This document shows, in pieces, positions 50,334 to 60,269 of a DNA stretch of 64,000 bases. Both the position numbers and the translations under genes were made by a program. The DNA is from an uncultured Acidimicrobiales bacterium (GTDB lineage Bacteria; Actinomycetota; Acidimicrobiia; Acidimicrobiales; SHLQ01): contig CALHTB010000054.1 of assembly GCA_938038785.1 (NCBI GenBank), positions 465-64,464 on the forward strand, read 5' to 3'. Under the pieces are notes generated by a model, which saw only the letters and a list, made by a program, of their open reading frames with translations, was not told the origin of the DNA and did not search any database. The stretch's first letter is position 1. Every line of letters begins with the position of its first letter.

Positions 50334-51683
50334 CTAGGCGAGGGCGGCGATGATTTCGGCGATCTCGTCGGTGGTGGTGCGGGGGTTGATGAAACAGAAG
50401 CGGTAGATCGGCTTGCCATCGAGGCGCGATGGCGTGACGAAGGCGAGGCCCTCGTTCATCGCCTTTTCGCTCCACGCCTGGTAGTCGTCGGGGCCCCAGC
50501 CTGTGCGGGTGAAGGCCACGACAGACAGCGACGGCTCGTGGGCGAGCTCGAGATAGTCGACGTTGCGGATCATCTCGGCGGCCGCATCGGCTAGATCGAG
50601 CGTGATGTCGACCGCGGTCGTGTAGGCATCTGTGCCGTGGGTTGCGAGGCTGAACCAGAACGGCAAGCCACGAACTCGTCGGGTGAGGTGAATTGCATAG
50701 TCCGACGGGTTGCGGTCGCCGTGGGCATCGAGGAAGGCCAGATACCCAGCGTGTTGGGCGTGCGCTGCCACCGCCTTGTCCGGGTTGCGGTAGAGAAGCG
50801 CACAGCAGTCGAACGGTGCGAACAACCACTTGTGGGGATCGACGATGAACGAGTCAGCAAGTTCGAGCCCGTCGAATTGGGGGCGGGTTCGCTCGGTGGC
50901 CAAGCCAGCGCCTCCGTACGCACCGTCAACGTGGAACCACACACCACGTTCGCGGCAGATCTCGCCAATCGACCGGAGATCGTCGATGACGCCCAAGTTG
51001 GTTGTGCCAGAGGTTGCTGCGACCGCACAGATTCGGTCGCCGTGTTCGTCGAGGGCCGCAGCAACGGCGGCGCCGGTCATGCGACGCTGGTCGTCGGTGT
51101 CGACGAGAATGACGTCGCAGTCCATGACCTCGGCGCCCGCTTTGATCGAGCTATGCGATTCCTTCGATGCAACGATTGCGAAACGCTGCGGACGGGCATC
51201 GCCGAGCCGGGTCTTCGCATCGTGGCGAGCAGCATGGAGAGCAGACAAGTTGCCAACCGTTCCGCCCGGAACAAACACGCCTTCGGTCCCGACCGGCATT
51301 CCGGCGATCGAACGAAGCCACTCGAGTGCTTCGTTCTCGGCGTGGACCGCGCCAGCACCCTCGAGCCATGAGCCGCCATAGATCGACGCCGCGCCTACCA
51401 CGAGGTCGAACAACACGGCGGCCTCAGTTGGGGCTGCGGGGACGAACGACAAGTACTTGGTGTAGTCGACCGACAGCGATGCCGGCTCGAGCACATCGAT
51501 GAACAGATCGAGCGCTCGGGTGCCACCAATGCCGTCTGGGGTGATCGTTGGGCCGCAGAGTTCGCGAAGTTCTTCTTCGGTCTTGGGGAAGTTCAGCGGA
51601 ATTGGATCGAGCCGTGTTCGCGCCTTCGCATACTCAAGAATTCGCTCGGCGAGCAGGTCGATACTCTCGTCGAAATGGTGCAT
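50334..51683 (-). CDS. Group II PLP-dependent amino-acid decarboxylase
   Basis: GGTVGNL, SHSS, GTTNLG.IDD, HVDGAYGG, DPHKWL motifs. Confidence 0.92.
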   Translation of the reverse strand: MHHFDESIDLLAERILEYAKARTRLDPIPLNFPKTEEELRELCGPTITPDGIGGTRALDLFIDVLEPASLSVDYTKYLSFVPAAPTEAAVLFDLVVGAASIYGGSWLEGAGAVHAENEALEWLRSIAGMPVGTEGVFVPGGTVGNLSALHAARHDAKTRLGDARPQRFAIVASKESHSSIKAGAEVMDCDVILVDTDDQRRMTGAAVAAALDEHGDRICAVAATSGTTNLGVIDDLRSIGEICRERGVWFHVDGAYGGAGLATERTRPQFDGLELADSFIVDPHKWLFAPFDCCALLYRNPDKAVAAHAQHAGYLAFLDAHGDRNPSDYAIHLTRRVRGLPFWFSLATHGTDAYTTAVDITLDLADAAAEMIRNVDYLELAHEPSLSVVAFTRTGWGPDDYQAWSEKAMNEGLAFVTPSRLDGKPIYRFCFINPRTTTDEIAEIIAALA

Positions 51684-51709
51684 GTCTTCTCCTTGGCGCG
51701 AACAAGTTG

Positions 51710-52822
51710 TTATTCGAAGAAGTCGAAGAGCGAGTCAAATTCGAGTTCGATCGAGCGTTCGGTTTCCCTATCGAGTGTGCCCCAATTGAAGAGACGGTTG
51801 CGGGTATCAGCATCAGGAAATACCAGCGGGTTCTCGGCAAGAGCTGCGCTGTCGCCGCCTTGAGACCGCAACACATCTTGGGTTCCGAGCACCGGGCACA
51901 CATACAAGTTCCATGCGGCGATCTCCGCCGCGTTCAGCGGGTCGTAGGCCCAGTTCATCCATTCGGCAGCCGACGCATAGTTCAGTGCGCCGAGCGGCAT
52001 GATCATCGTGTCGAACCACGAGATGGCGCCTTCGGTCGGGATGACGAACTCGAACCGCTCGTCTTCGAGCTGCAGAGCAGCGGCCTGACCCGACCACGCC
52101 ATCGTGGCGGCCAACGTGCCTTCCGTGAGGAAGTCAACAAAGTCGTCGAAGACGATCGCGTTGAAGTGGCCGTTCTCGACGTATTGCCGAATCTTCGCCA
52201 GGCCTGCCCGAGCCGTTCGAGCCGACGGCCGAGATGGGTCGTCGCCGTTCGACAACATGGCCAGTCCGACCGCCTCGCGCATCTCGCCGATGAGGCCAAC
52301 CCTGCCGGCGAGTTTCGAATCGAATAGGTCGTTGATCGAGCTGATCTCGCCGTCGACCAATTCGGGGTTGTAGGCAATGCCCGTCATGCCGCCTTGCCAC
52401 GGCATCTGAAAGCGTGAGCCGCGGTCCCAATCGTTGATGAGGTACGCCGGGTCGATGTTGACGTGGTTGGGGATTGCTTCGAGGGGAAGCGGCTCGGCCT
52501 TGCCCTGTTCGATGATCTGATCGGCCACCCAAAACGTCGGCGTGATGATGTCGTAGGTCGGGGTGGCACCGCCCAAGACCGGTGCGATGAACTCTTCGAC
52601 CCCCGAGACATTGTCGACGTAGACCTCGCGGTAATCGATCGATAGCCCGGTGGCGGCCTCGATCTTGGCGATCGTGGCGGGGTCGATGTACTCGGCCCAG
52701 TTGATGACGTTGAGCTGGCCGGTGCGAACGAGTGGACGGTTGCCGGTGCCGGCGCGCCCGCAGGCCCCGAGGGCAGTCATTGCGCCCGCTGCAGCGATGA
52801 ACTGGCGTCTGGTAAATCGCAT
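51710..52822 (-). CDS. PotD/PotF-type polyamine-binding solute-binding lipoprotein (Tat)
   Basis: TRRQF signal, LGAC lipobox, NWAEYID, EMRE, AWSG and SWFD motifs. Confidence 0.88.
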   Translation of the reverse strand: MRFTRRQFIAAAGAMTALGACGRAGTGNRPLVRTGQLNVINWAEYIDPATIAKIEAATGLSIDYREVYVDNVSGVEEFIAPVLGGATPTYDIITPTFWVADQIIEQGKAEPLPLEAIPNHVNIDPAYLINDWDRGSRFQMPWQGGMTGIAYNPELVDGEISSINDLFDSKLAGRVGLIGEMREAVGLAMLSNGDDPSRPSARTARAGLAKIRQYVENGHFNAIVFDDFVDFLTEGTLAATMAWSGQAAALQLEDERFEFVIPTEGAISWFDTMIMPLGALNYASAAEWMNWAYDPLNAAEIAAWNLYVCPVLGTQDVLRSQGGDSAALAENPLVFPDADTRNRLFNWGTLDRETERSIELEFDSLFDFFE

Positions 52823-52828
52823 CAGTGC

Positions 52829-54103
52829 CTACCAGTACTCGTTGATTCGAAGTTGGTACCCGCCGAGCGTGAGCAGTGCTGCGAGCATCGGCAGGAAGAT
52901 GGCACCCAGACGAAGCCAGCGCATCCGATTGCTGGCGCTGGCCACCGAGTCGTTGAACTGATCGCGGTTCGCCAGCAGCACGCTTTCGACCGTCGTGTTG
53001 AAGCCGTTAAAATCGGCGTTGCCTTCGGTGATCGCCAGGCTGCGAGCAGCGCTGGTGCCGTTGGCCTCGAGGGCGCTCCGCACCTTGGAGCTGGTGGATT
53101 CATAACGGTCCCAACGTGCCTTCAAGAGGGCGACGGCCCCCTCCTCTCGGGTCGAATCGGCTGAGGTAAGCAGCGAGTCCAGACGGTCCTCGATGACGCT
53201 GTTGCTTTCCTCCGAGGGAAAGACGTCAATGTCCTCGTTGATGATCGCGAGTGCTTCGGAGGTTTTGTACTCGAAAGCCAACGTTTGCAGCTCGGCGGTC
53301 AGGGCGATCGAGTCATACGCCTCGCTCTGTGCCGATTGCAGGTCGGCCTGCCGTCCAACGAGCGCCAGCGACAGCCAGATCGCGAGGCCGATCACGCAGA
53401 AGGTGGCGAGCACGAGCGGGATGTTGAACGTGCGACGTGTCCTGGCCCGAAGGTTTCGCTGCGCGAGAAGCAGAACGAGGAGCGACACCGCCAGGGCAAC
53501 CATCGCTCCGATCCACTCGAGGTAACCCGCCGAGAGATCGTCATCGAAGCCCGCCTGGGTACGGGACGTAACGATACGGGTGTTGTCGATCATGCCGTTT
53601 TCGCCGCTGACCAGCTCGAATGCCCTTTGCAGGTCGACAACCGCGGTTGGGTCTCCGGCCAGGTTTGCTGTGCGGGCACGTTCGGCCAGGCGGGCGTATT
53701 CGGGCAATTGGCTCGCCACCCGCTTTAGGGCCTCATGGGATTCGGGGTCCTCACCAATGCCGGTCGAGACATCCTCGAGCTGTTGGGGTGCCCGGCTAAT
53801 CGCGTTCTCGAACAGGCTCTGCTGCTGTCGGTCGGTGGCCGTTCCCGACAAGAACACCGCAGTGTTCGCTGCGTCAGCCTCGGCGATACTGCCTACCAGG
53901 CGCTGCGTCGAGATCAATACCGGGCCCGTGCTTCGCTCGACCTGATCGACGCTCGAAATGAATGCTTGGGTGGCAAACGAGGCGAAGATCGCGGCGACGA
54001 TCAGCAGGGCCGAGATAACGGTCGACCATGTTCGAAGACGTGCGGGTGTCGTTCGAAATCGGTCGGGGGATAGCCACGAGGGCCTGGCGACGGATGCAGT
54101 CAC
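52829..54103 (-). CDS. GlnX-like four-TM membrane sensor with two extracytoplasmic helical domains
   Basis: TTPARLR N-terminal motif, ADAA..A.FL, central RTRRTFNIPLVLAT between paired TMs, C-terminal RINEY; divergent from the pknG operon. TACGAT lies 6 nt before the GTG. Confidence 0.75.
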   Translation of the reverse strand: MTASVARPSWLSPDRFRTTPARLRTWSTVISALLIVAAIFASFATQAFISSVDQVERSTGPVLISTQRLVGSIAEADAANTAVFLSGTATDRQQQSLFENAISRAPQQLEDVSTGIGEDPESHEALKRVASQLPEYARLAERARTANLAGDPTAVVDLQRAFELVSGENGMIDNTRIVTSRTQAGFDDDLSAGYLEWIGAMVALAVSLLVLLLAQRNLRARTRRTFNIPLVLATFCVIGLAIWLSLALVGRQADLQSAQSEAYDSIALTAELQTLAFEYKTSEALAIINEDIDVFPSEESNSVIEDRLDSLLTSADSTREEGAVALLKARWDRYESTSSKVRSALEANGTSAARSLAITEGNADFNGFNTTVESVLLANRDQFNDSVASASNRMRWLRLGAIFLPMLAALLTLGGYQLRINEYW

Positions 54104-54160
54104 GTCGACATCGTAGAAGACTCAGCTCCCCGACGTGGTTTCGCCTATTCTTCCTCCGTA

Positions 54161-55387
54161 GTGAACACCGCAGAGATAGAACAACGGCGGACCTACTACC
54201 GCAGCGTCGTCACCCAATGGTCCGACAATCTCTACGAGCTCGATGAGCACCCGACGTATCGCCTGCTTGCGGCAGGCGAAATGAGTGGCGCTACCGGGAA
54301 GCAGACGAATCAGTTCATCGAATACGCCCCGCAACTGTGGGCATGGTTGGGCGATTTACGCGATCAACTCGACTCGGTCGACCAGCTCGTCGCGGACCGG
54401 TCGGTCTTCAACAACACCAACCAAGACATCGCCCTGCTCCTCGGAGCGCACTCGATTGCCCTGCCAGCTTCCTCGATTCCAAGAGTGTTGCCGAGCTCGG
54501 TTCGCGACCAGATGGAGCAGTCTCCAGGTGACCACCGCACGTTGCTTGTGTCGTGCGACGGACTCATCGAACTGTTTCGGGCGGTCTATGAACCCATCCG
54601 CGATGTCGTTGCTCGTGTTGATGCGGTGTGGCGCGATCTGCGGCCGCGTATCGACGCCGCCAACGTCACGCTCGACCGGGCCAACGGCGTGTCGCAGCGC
54701 CTGTCGTTCCGGCTCCCTGAAGTGATGCGAGCAACGCAGCGTCTCGAAGCGGTGAAGGCATCGGTTGCCGACGACCCCCTGAGCTTGTCGTCGCGTGTTG
54801 GCCCTGACCTCGACGAACTCGTCGCGGCAGCCGCGGCCGCAGCCGGAAAGCTCGAGCGCGATCATGGCAGTCTCGATTCGGACCTCCAGGGAACAGACCG
54901 AATCCTCGCCGACCTTCGAGTACTACGAGCCCGCGCCGCAGCGGCCTACTCCGAAGCAGACGCCAAGGTCATTCCCCCAAAGGGGCTGATCAAGGTTCCC
55001 GGAACGTCGGTCATCGACGGCCAGAACGGGTTGGCCCATCGGGCCGCTCAGATCGTTGGAGAGGCCGCCGCGTCGGGCTCTCGGCAGTGGCAAGAGGCCC
55101 GGCGAGAACTCGATGCATGGCACCACTCGGCCACCCGCCTGCGCGAACAGCTCACCAAGGCGCTCGAGCAGAACACGGCTCCGATTCACCAGCGCAACGA
55201 GCTGCGCGGCCGGTTGCAGGCGTACCGGGTGAAGGCCGACATGTCGGGCGGACTGCCCTCTGACATCGCGGCGCTTGGTCAGCTCGCCCACGACGAGCTT
55301 TACACCAGCCCCACCGACCTGGGCCGGGCGCTCGAGCTGATCGACAAGTTCGCGGCGCAACTGGCCATCTATGGTGGTGAGTCATGA
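54161..55387 (+). CDS. Helical hypothetical protein preceding pknG
   Basis: Ala/Leu-rich helical sequence with RNELRGRLQAYRVKA...LYTSPTDL; overlaps the pknG start (ATGA). Confidence 0.8.
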   Translation: MNTAEIEQRRTYYRSVVTQWSDNLYELDEHPTYRLLAAGEMSGATGKQTNQFIEYAPQLWAWLGDLRDQLDSVDQLVADRSVFNNTNQDIALLLGAHSIALPASSIPRVLPSSVRDQMEQSPGDHRTLLVSCDGLIELFRAVYEPIRDVVARVDAVWRDLRPRIDAANVTLDRANGVSQRLSFRLPEVMRATQRLEAVKASVADDPLSLSSRVGPDLDELVAAAAAAAGKLERDHGSLDSDLQGTDRILADLRVLRARAAAAYSEADAKVIPPKGLIKVPGTSVIDGQNGLAHRAAQIVGEAAASGSRQWQEARRELDAWHHSATRLREQLTKALEQNTAPIHQRNELRGRLQAYRVKADMSGGLPSDIAALGQLAHDELYTSPTDLGRALELIDKFAAQLAIYGGES

Positions 55388-57903
55388 ATGCGTGCACGCA
55401 ATTGGGCTGCGATGGCAGCATCGCGGCCGATGGCTATTGCAACACGTGCGGGTATGCGGGCAAGCACATCCCGGCAGTAGAAAGCCATCTGCCGCCTCCA
55501 CCCCCACCACCGTCGTCATCGACCCCCGTCTCGGCGTCGATGCCGCCACCAAGCCCGCGTCCGCCAACCAACAGCGCCGCGTCAGGTGCGGCCTGCACCG
55601 AACTCGGTTGCGATGGCACGGTCGCAGCCGACGGCTATTGCAACACCTGCGGCATGCAACCCACCGTTGCCGAGACGCCCTCGAGCTCTGGTCCGTCCGC
55701 CATGGCTTCGGGTCCGGTTTCCAACTCGGCCGGGGGCGAATCGTCGACCACCGCCACCGCCACGATCGCTGTGCCTACGTCGCCCACGATCGCAGTTCGG
55801 ACCGCCGGGGGAGGCGAAAGCCGCCGCACACGCACGCTGCGAAGTACGTCGAACCGGGCCGAACTCGGAGCGGGGCTCGTGCACATCAGCCCCACGCTCG
55901 CGGGCGACCCCGCGTTGGCGGTTATGTCCGACGAGAAGGTCGCCAACGCCCTTGGCGAAACCCCCGAGGCCGAACGCTTCTGCTCGTCGTGCCAAGAACC
56001 CGTTGGGCGGGCGCTCAACGACACACCCGGTCGAGTCAAGGGCTTCTGCAACAACTGTCGAACCCGTTACGACTTCACCACGAACGCGCCGAAGCTCAAG
56101 GCGGGCGAACTCGTCGGCGGCCAGTACAAGATCCTCGGGCCGATCGCCCACGGTGGTATGGGATGGATCTACCTCGGCCAGGACACCGCGGTGTCGAACC
56201 GCTGGGTTGTGCTCAAGGGCCTCCTCAACGAAGACGACGAGGACGCGGTGGCCTCGGCTGTTGCAGAGCGCCAGTTCCTCGCCCAGATCGAACACGGCAG
56301 CATCGTCAACATCTACAACTTCGTCACCTGGGACGGCGCTGGCTACATCGTCATGGAGTACGTCGGCGGCGAATCGCTCGTTTCCAAGCTGAAGGACCGG
56401 CGCAAAGAAAACGGCGGCCGCCCAAATCCGCTGCCGGTGACCGAGGCAATCTCCTACATGCTCGGTGTGCTTCCCGCGCTCGGGTACCTCCACGGCCAGG
56501 GGCTGGTGTACAACGACTTGAAGCCGGCGAACATGATGGCGGTCGGCGACGGCGTCAAGCTCATCGACGTGGGCGGCGTGATGCAGGCCGACGACAACTC
56601 TGCGGCCATCTTTGGCACGCAGGGCTTCCAGGCTCCAGAGGTAGCCGAGATGGGGCCGTCGATTTCGTCCGACCTCTACACGGTTGGTCGAACGCTGGCG
56701 GTGCTCTGCCTACACTTCGTGTTCCATCAGGGTGAGTACCAATACGACCTGCCCACCCCCGCCGACGAGCCTCTATTCGACCAATGGGAGTCGTTCTACC
56801 GGTTCTTGCTGAAAGCAACCGCAACCCACCCCGACGATCGATTCCAGTCGGCTGACGAGATGGGCGAGCAGATGTTGGGCGTGCTCCGAGAGATCGTGGC
56901 GATTAGCCAACGATCACCTCGCCCTACCACCAGTTCGCTGTTCGGTGGCGACCGGCTGGCCGGCATCATGCTCGACGATGACACGATCGACGACGCGGAC
57001 TGGCGGGCCCTCCCAACCCCAAAAGTGTCTCCCGACGACCCCGGCGCGGCGTTCTTGTACGACCTTCCCGAGCTCGACCCGGAAGCAACGATTCGGTTGA
57101 TCGACGAGGGTCTGTCGTCGGGCACGGCCCCCGATTCGGTTGAGGTTCGCCTGCGTCGTGCCCGTGAGCTCATCGACTTGGGCGGCGCCCCGAACGACGT
57201 GTTGCGTGCTGTCGAACACTTTGACCCGTGGGACTGGCGAGTGACCTGGTACCGGGCGCTCGAAAAGCTGCGTCAGGGAACTCCCGAGGCAGCCAAGTCG
57301 GCCGCCGAGGGTTTCAGTCGGGTGTGGACCGAGGTTCCCGGCGAGTTGGCACCGAAGCTTGGTGTAGCCCTGTCGGCCGAACTCGCAGGTGAATATCACC
57401 GCGCTGCCGACCTCTACGCCGAGGTCATCGGCGTCGACTCGGGCTACGTGTCTGCGGCCTTCGGCCTGGCCCGATGCCGTGCAGCTGCAGGCGATCGCAA
57501 AGGCGCCGTCGACGCCTACCGGGCGGTGCCGCCGAGCTCGGCTACCTACACCGAAGCCCAGGTCGCGTCAGCTCGAGTTCTCGTTGGAGCCAACGACGAC
57601 ACGGCACCCAACGCGGCCGACGTGGCAGCGGCAGCTCAGACGATCGAGGCCGCCCGCATCGATGGTGCTGCCCGGGCAAAGCTGGCCGCCGAGGTGCTCG
57701 AGGGGGCGCTCCACGGCATCGAATCGGGCGTAATGGCCGAGGACGAGGGCTCTCGTGTGTTTGGAAACCCGCTCACCGCGAAGGGTCTTCGCCGTAGTCT
57801 CGAAGACACGTACCGAGATTTAGCTCGCATCGCCGAGACCGCCGAAGAACGTTTCGAACTGGTTGATAAAGCCAACCAGGTTCGCGTGCCGACACTGATT
57901 TAG
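55384..57903 (+). CDS. pknG: PknG-like Ser/Thr kinase (rubredoxin + kinase + TPR) with duplicated N-terminal Cys motif
   Basis: ERFCSSC...GFCNNC, IAHGGMGWIYL, RWVVLKGL, AERQFLA, YNDLKP, GFQAPE; C-terminal TPR region ending LVDKANQVR. Confidence 0.88.
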   Translation: MNACTQLGCDGSIAADGYCNTCGYAGKHIPAVESHLPPPPPPPSSSTPVSASMPPPSPRPPTNSAASGAACTELGCDGTVAADGYCNTCGMQPTVAETPSSSGPSAMASGPVSNSAGGESSTTATATIAVPTSPTIAVRTAGGGESRRTRTLRSTSNRAELGAGLVHISPTLAGDPALAVMSDEKVANALGETPEAERFCSSCQEPVGRALNDTPGRVKGFCNNCRTRYDFTTNAPKLKAGELVGGQYKILGPIAHGGMGWIYLGQDTAVSNRWVVLKGLLNEDDEDAVASAVAERQFLAQIEHGSIVNIYNFVTWDGAGYIVMEYVGGESLVSKLKDRRKENGGRPNPLPVTEAISYMLGVLPALGYLHGQGLVYNDLKPANMMAVGDGVKLIDVGGVMQADDNSAAIFGTQGFQAPEVAEMGPSISSDLYTVGRTLAVLCLHFVFHQGEYQYDLPTPADEPLFDQWESFYRFLLKATATHPDDRFQSADEMGEQMLGVLREIVAISQRSPRPTTSSLFGGDRLAGIMLDDDTIDDADWRALPTPKVSPDDPGAAFLYDLPELDPEATIRLIDEGLSSGTAPDSVEVRLRRARELIDLGGAPNDVLRAVEHFDPWDWRVTWYRALEKLRQGTPEAAKSAAEGFSRVWTEVPGELAPKLGVALSAELAGEYHRAADLYAEVIGVDSGYVSAAFGLARCRAAAGDRKGAVDAYRAVPPSSATYTEAQVASARVLVGANDDTAPNAADVAAAAQTIEAARIDGAARAKLAAEVLEGALHGIESGVMAEDEGSRVFGNPLTAKGLRRSLEDTYRDLARIAETAEERFELVDKANQVRVPTLI

Positions 57904-57906
57904 CCC

Positions 57907-58953
57907 ATGACCGAGACCCCTCCAGAACCAACAGAATCCCAAGCCCTGAACATTCCTGACTTTCCGAAGGTCGACGATGTCATCCATCTCGGTGGCGCGG
58001 AACCAGACGCAGATCCGCCAGAGGCACAAACGTGCCCGGCGTGTGGCGTCCTTGGGTCGGCGGATGCTTCATGGTGCGAAGCGTGCGGGTCTGACTATGC
58101 CGGTGAACATGCAGCGTTGTCCGGCCCGCCGTGCATCGATTGTGGCGCCGCGCACGAGAACATCGTCGAGGGCTACTGCGGCGACTGTGGCCGCAAGCAG
58201 CCAGGCGAGCGTGATCATCAGGCCGAGATCGTGGGTGCAATTGTGGCTGCGAGCGACCGAGGGTTGCGGCACCATCAGAACGAAGATTCCTACGCCATTG
58301 GCCAATCTGGCGATCGCCTGATTTCGGTTGTGTGCGACGGCGTTTCAACCACCAACGATCCCCAGGACGCGTCGCTTGCCGCTGCCACCGCGGCTCGTGA
58401 CAGTTTGCAGGCTGCACTCGACGCTGGCGATACCGACATCGAGGCCGCTTTGGTCGCTGCAGTCGCTGCGGCACAGGAGGCGGCCGCGGCAGTTCCGCTC
58501 GGCGCCGGTTCCGATGGTCCGGCGTCCACCACGATCGTCGCATCTGTTGTCGGCCCTGACCCCAGCGATCCAACGATGGTGAAATCGTGGCACGCGTGGC
58601 TTGGCGACAGCCGCGCGTACTGGATGCAGGATGTCGACGGCGCACCGACCGTCACTCAACTCACCACCGACGACGTATTCGAAAACAGCATCACCCGTTG
58701 GCTGGGCGCTGACGCCACCGACACCACCCCGGGCATCGTCATGGGCGAGCACGATGCGGGCGGTCAGCTGTTGGCGTGCTCCGATGGGCTGTGGAAATAC
58801 GTGCCCGAGGAAGAGCAGCTCGCCGAGTTACTGAAGACGCTTCGTGCCGACAATCCAGACCTGGCCGGTCTTGAACTGGCTCAAACGCTGGTGGCATTCG
58901 CAAACGAACAGGGCGGACACGACAACACCACCGTCGTGATCGCACAGCTATAG
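57907..58953 (+). CDS. PP2C-family Ser/Thr phosphatase with N-terminal zinc ribbons
   Basis: SDRG...NEDS, VCDGVS, GDSRAY, CSDGLW, GGHDNTT motifs; four CxxC pairs. Confidence 0.92.
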   Translation: MTETPPEPTESQALNIPDFPKVDDVIHLGGAEPDADPPEAQTCPACGVLGSADASWCEACGSDYAGEHAALSGPPCIDCGAAHENIVEGYCGDCGRKQPGERDHQAEIVGAIVAASDRGLRHHQNEDSYAIGQSGDRLISVVCDGVSTTNDPQDASLAAATAARDSLQAALDAGDTDIEAALVAAVAAAQEAAAAVPLGAGSDGPASTTIVASVVGPDPSDPTMVKSWHAWLGDSRAYWMQDVDGAPTVTQLTTDDVFENSITRWLGADATDTTPGIVMGEHDAGGQLLACSDGLWKYVPEEEQLAELLKTLRADNPDLAGLELAQTLVAFANEQGGHDNTTVVIAQL

Positions 58954-58977
58954 AGAAGTCAAAACAAGGAGAGCGGC

Positions 58978-60267
58978 GTGACGCAGTTCAGTGCAAACGT
59001 GTTTCAGAACGAATACTTGCCCGAGGGCGGAAATGTGGTCGATGCGGTCGTCACCGTCACGTCGTCGGAAGGGGAGTCGCAGGCGTCGATGCCCACCAAT
59101 GTCCCGATCGTCGAGGTCATCGCCGTCGATGTGTCCGGGTCGATGAACGAGGATGGTGGCGCCAAGATTCGCGCCGCACGCGATGCAACGATCGCTGCGC
59201 TCGATGTCCTCGAACCGGGAACCCTGTTTGCGGTGATTGCCGGTAACCACCAGGCCCGAGCGCTCTACCCAACGCACGGCGGCTTGGCAACAGCCGACGC
59301 CCGCACCATCGCTGAAGCAAAACAAGCCGCCACGCGGATCTACGCCGACGGCGGCACCGCCATTGGATCGTGGCTTCGGGGTGCGACCCAGCTCATCCAG
59401 GGGCATCGCAACTCGATTGCGCATGTCATCTTGTTGACCGACGGTCGAAACGAGCACGAGCAGCCATGGGAGCTCGACGCCGCAATCGCCGACGCTGTTG
59501 GCCTGTTCGAGTGTGATTGCCGCGGCCTTGGCACCAGCTGGGAGCCAGACGAGCTCCGCAAGATCTCGAACGCCTTGCTCGGCACGACCGACATCATCCC
59601 AAGCCCGGGCGAAATGGAAGCCGAATTCAGGGCTCTCACCCAGCAGACCATGGCCAAGCAGGTCGCCAACGTAGCGCTGCGCCTTTGGACTCCGAAGGGG
59701 TCCGAGATCCAGTTCGTCAAGCAGGTGTCGCCAAACCTCGAAGACATGACCAACAAGAGCGAAGCTGTCGACGCGCTCTCGCGTGATTACCCGCTCGGCT
59801 CGTGGGCCGACGCCGAAAGCCGTGACTACCACGTGCGAATCGCGATCCCCACCGGCGGTATCGGCGACGAGCGCCTCGCCGCTCGAGTCATGCTGGCGGT
59901 GAACGGTGAAGCTGAACCGGTGGCGCTGGTCCGCGCTATCTGGACCAACGATGACGCGCTCAGTACCCGCATCAACCGTGAGGTTGCCCACTACACCGGG
60001 CAGGCCGAACTCGCCGACGCCATCCACGACGGGTTAGCCGCACGTCAAGCGGGCGACGAGAAGAGTGCCACGCTCAAGCTCGGTCGGGCGGTGCAAATCG
60101 CACACGAAGCGGGCAACGATGGCACGGTTCGCCTGTTGCAAAAGGTCGTCGAGGTCGACGACCCCAAAACCGGAACCGTTCGCCTGAAGCGCGCAGTGGC
60201 TGCAGAAGACGAAATGGCCCTCGATGTTCGTTCGACCCGCACTGTTCGGGTCGAACGGAAGAGCTAA
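58978..60267 (+). CDS. vWA domain-containing protein
   Basis: MIDAS motif DVSGSM, GGTAIG, LLTDG; AGGAG RBS. Confidence 0.92.
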   Translation: MTQFSANVFQNEYLPEGGNVVDAVVTVTSSEGESQASMPTNVPIVEVIAVDVSGSMNEDGGAKIRAARDATIAALDVLEPGTLFAVIAGNHQARALYPTHGGLATADARTIAEAKQAATRIYADGGTAIGSWLRGATQLIQGHRNSIAHVILLTDGRNEHEQPWELDAAIADAVGLFECDCRGLGTSWEPDELRKISNALLGTTDIIPSPGEMEAEFRALTQQTMAKQVANVALRLWTPKGSEIQFVKQVSPNLEDMTNKSEAVDALSRDYPLGSWADAESRDYHVRIAIPTGGIGDERLAARVMLAVNGEAEPVALVRAIWTNDDALSTRINREVAHYTGQAELADAIHDGLAARQAGDEKSATLKLGRAVQIAHEAGNDGTVRLLQKVVEVDDPKTGTVRLKRAVAAEDEMALDVRSTRTVRVERKS

Positions 60268-60269
60268 CT

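Noticed and set aside
49687-50829. 380-aa ORF suggesting a long N-terminal extension on the RAYT
   Set aside because: The extension overlaps the decarboxylase in another frame and reads through a REP. The true start is the ATG at 50256.
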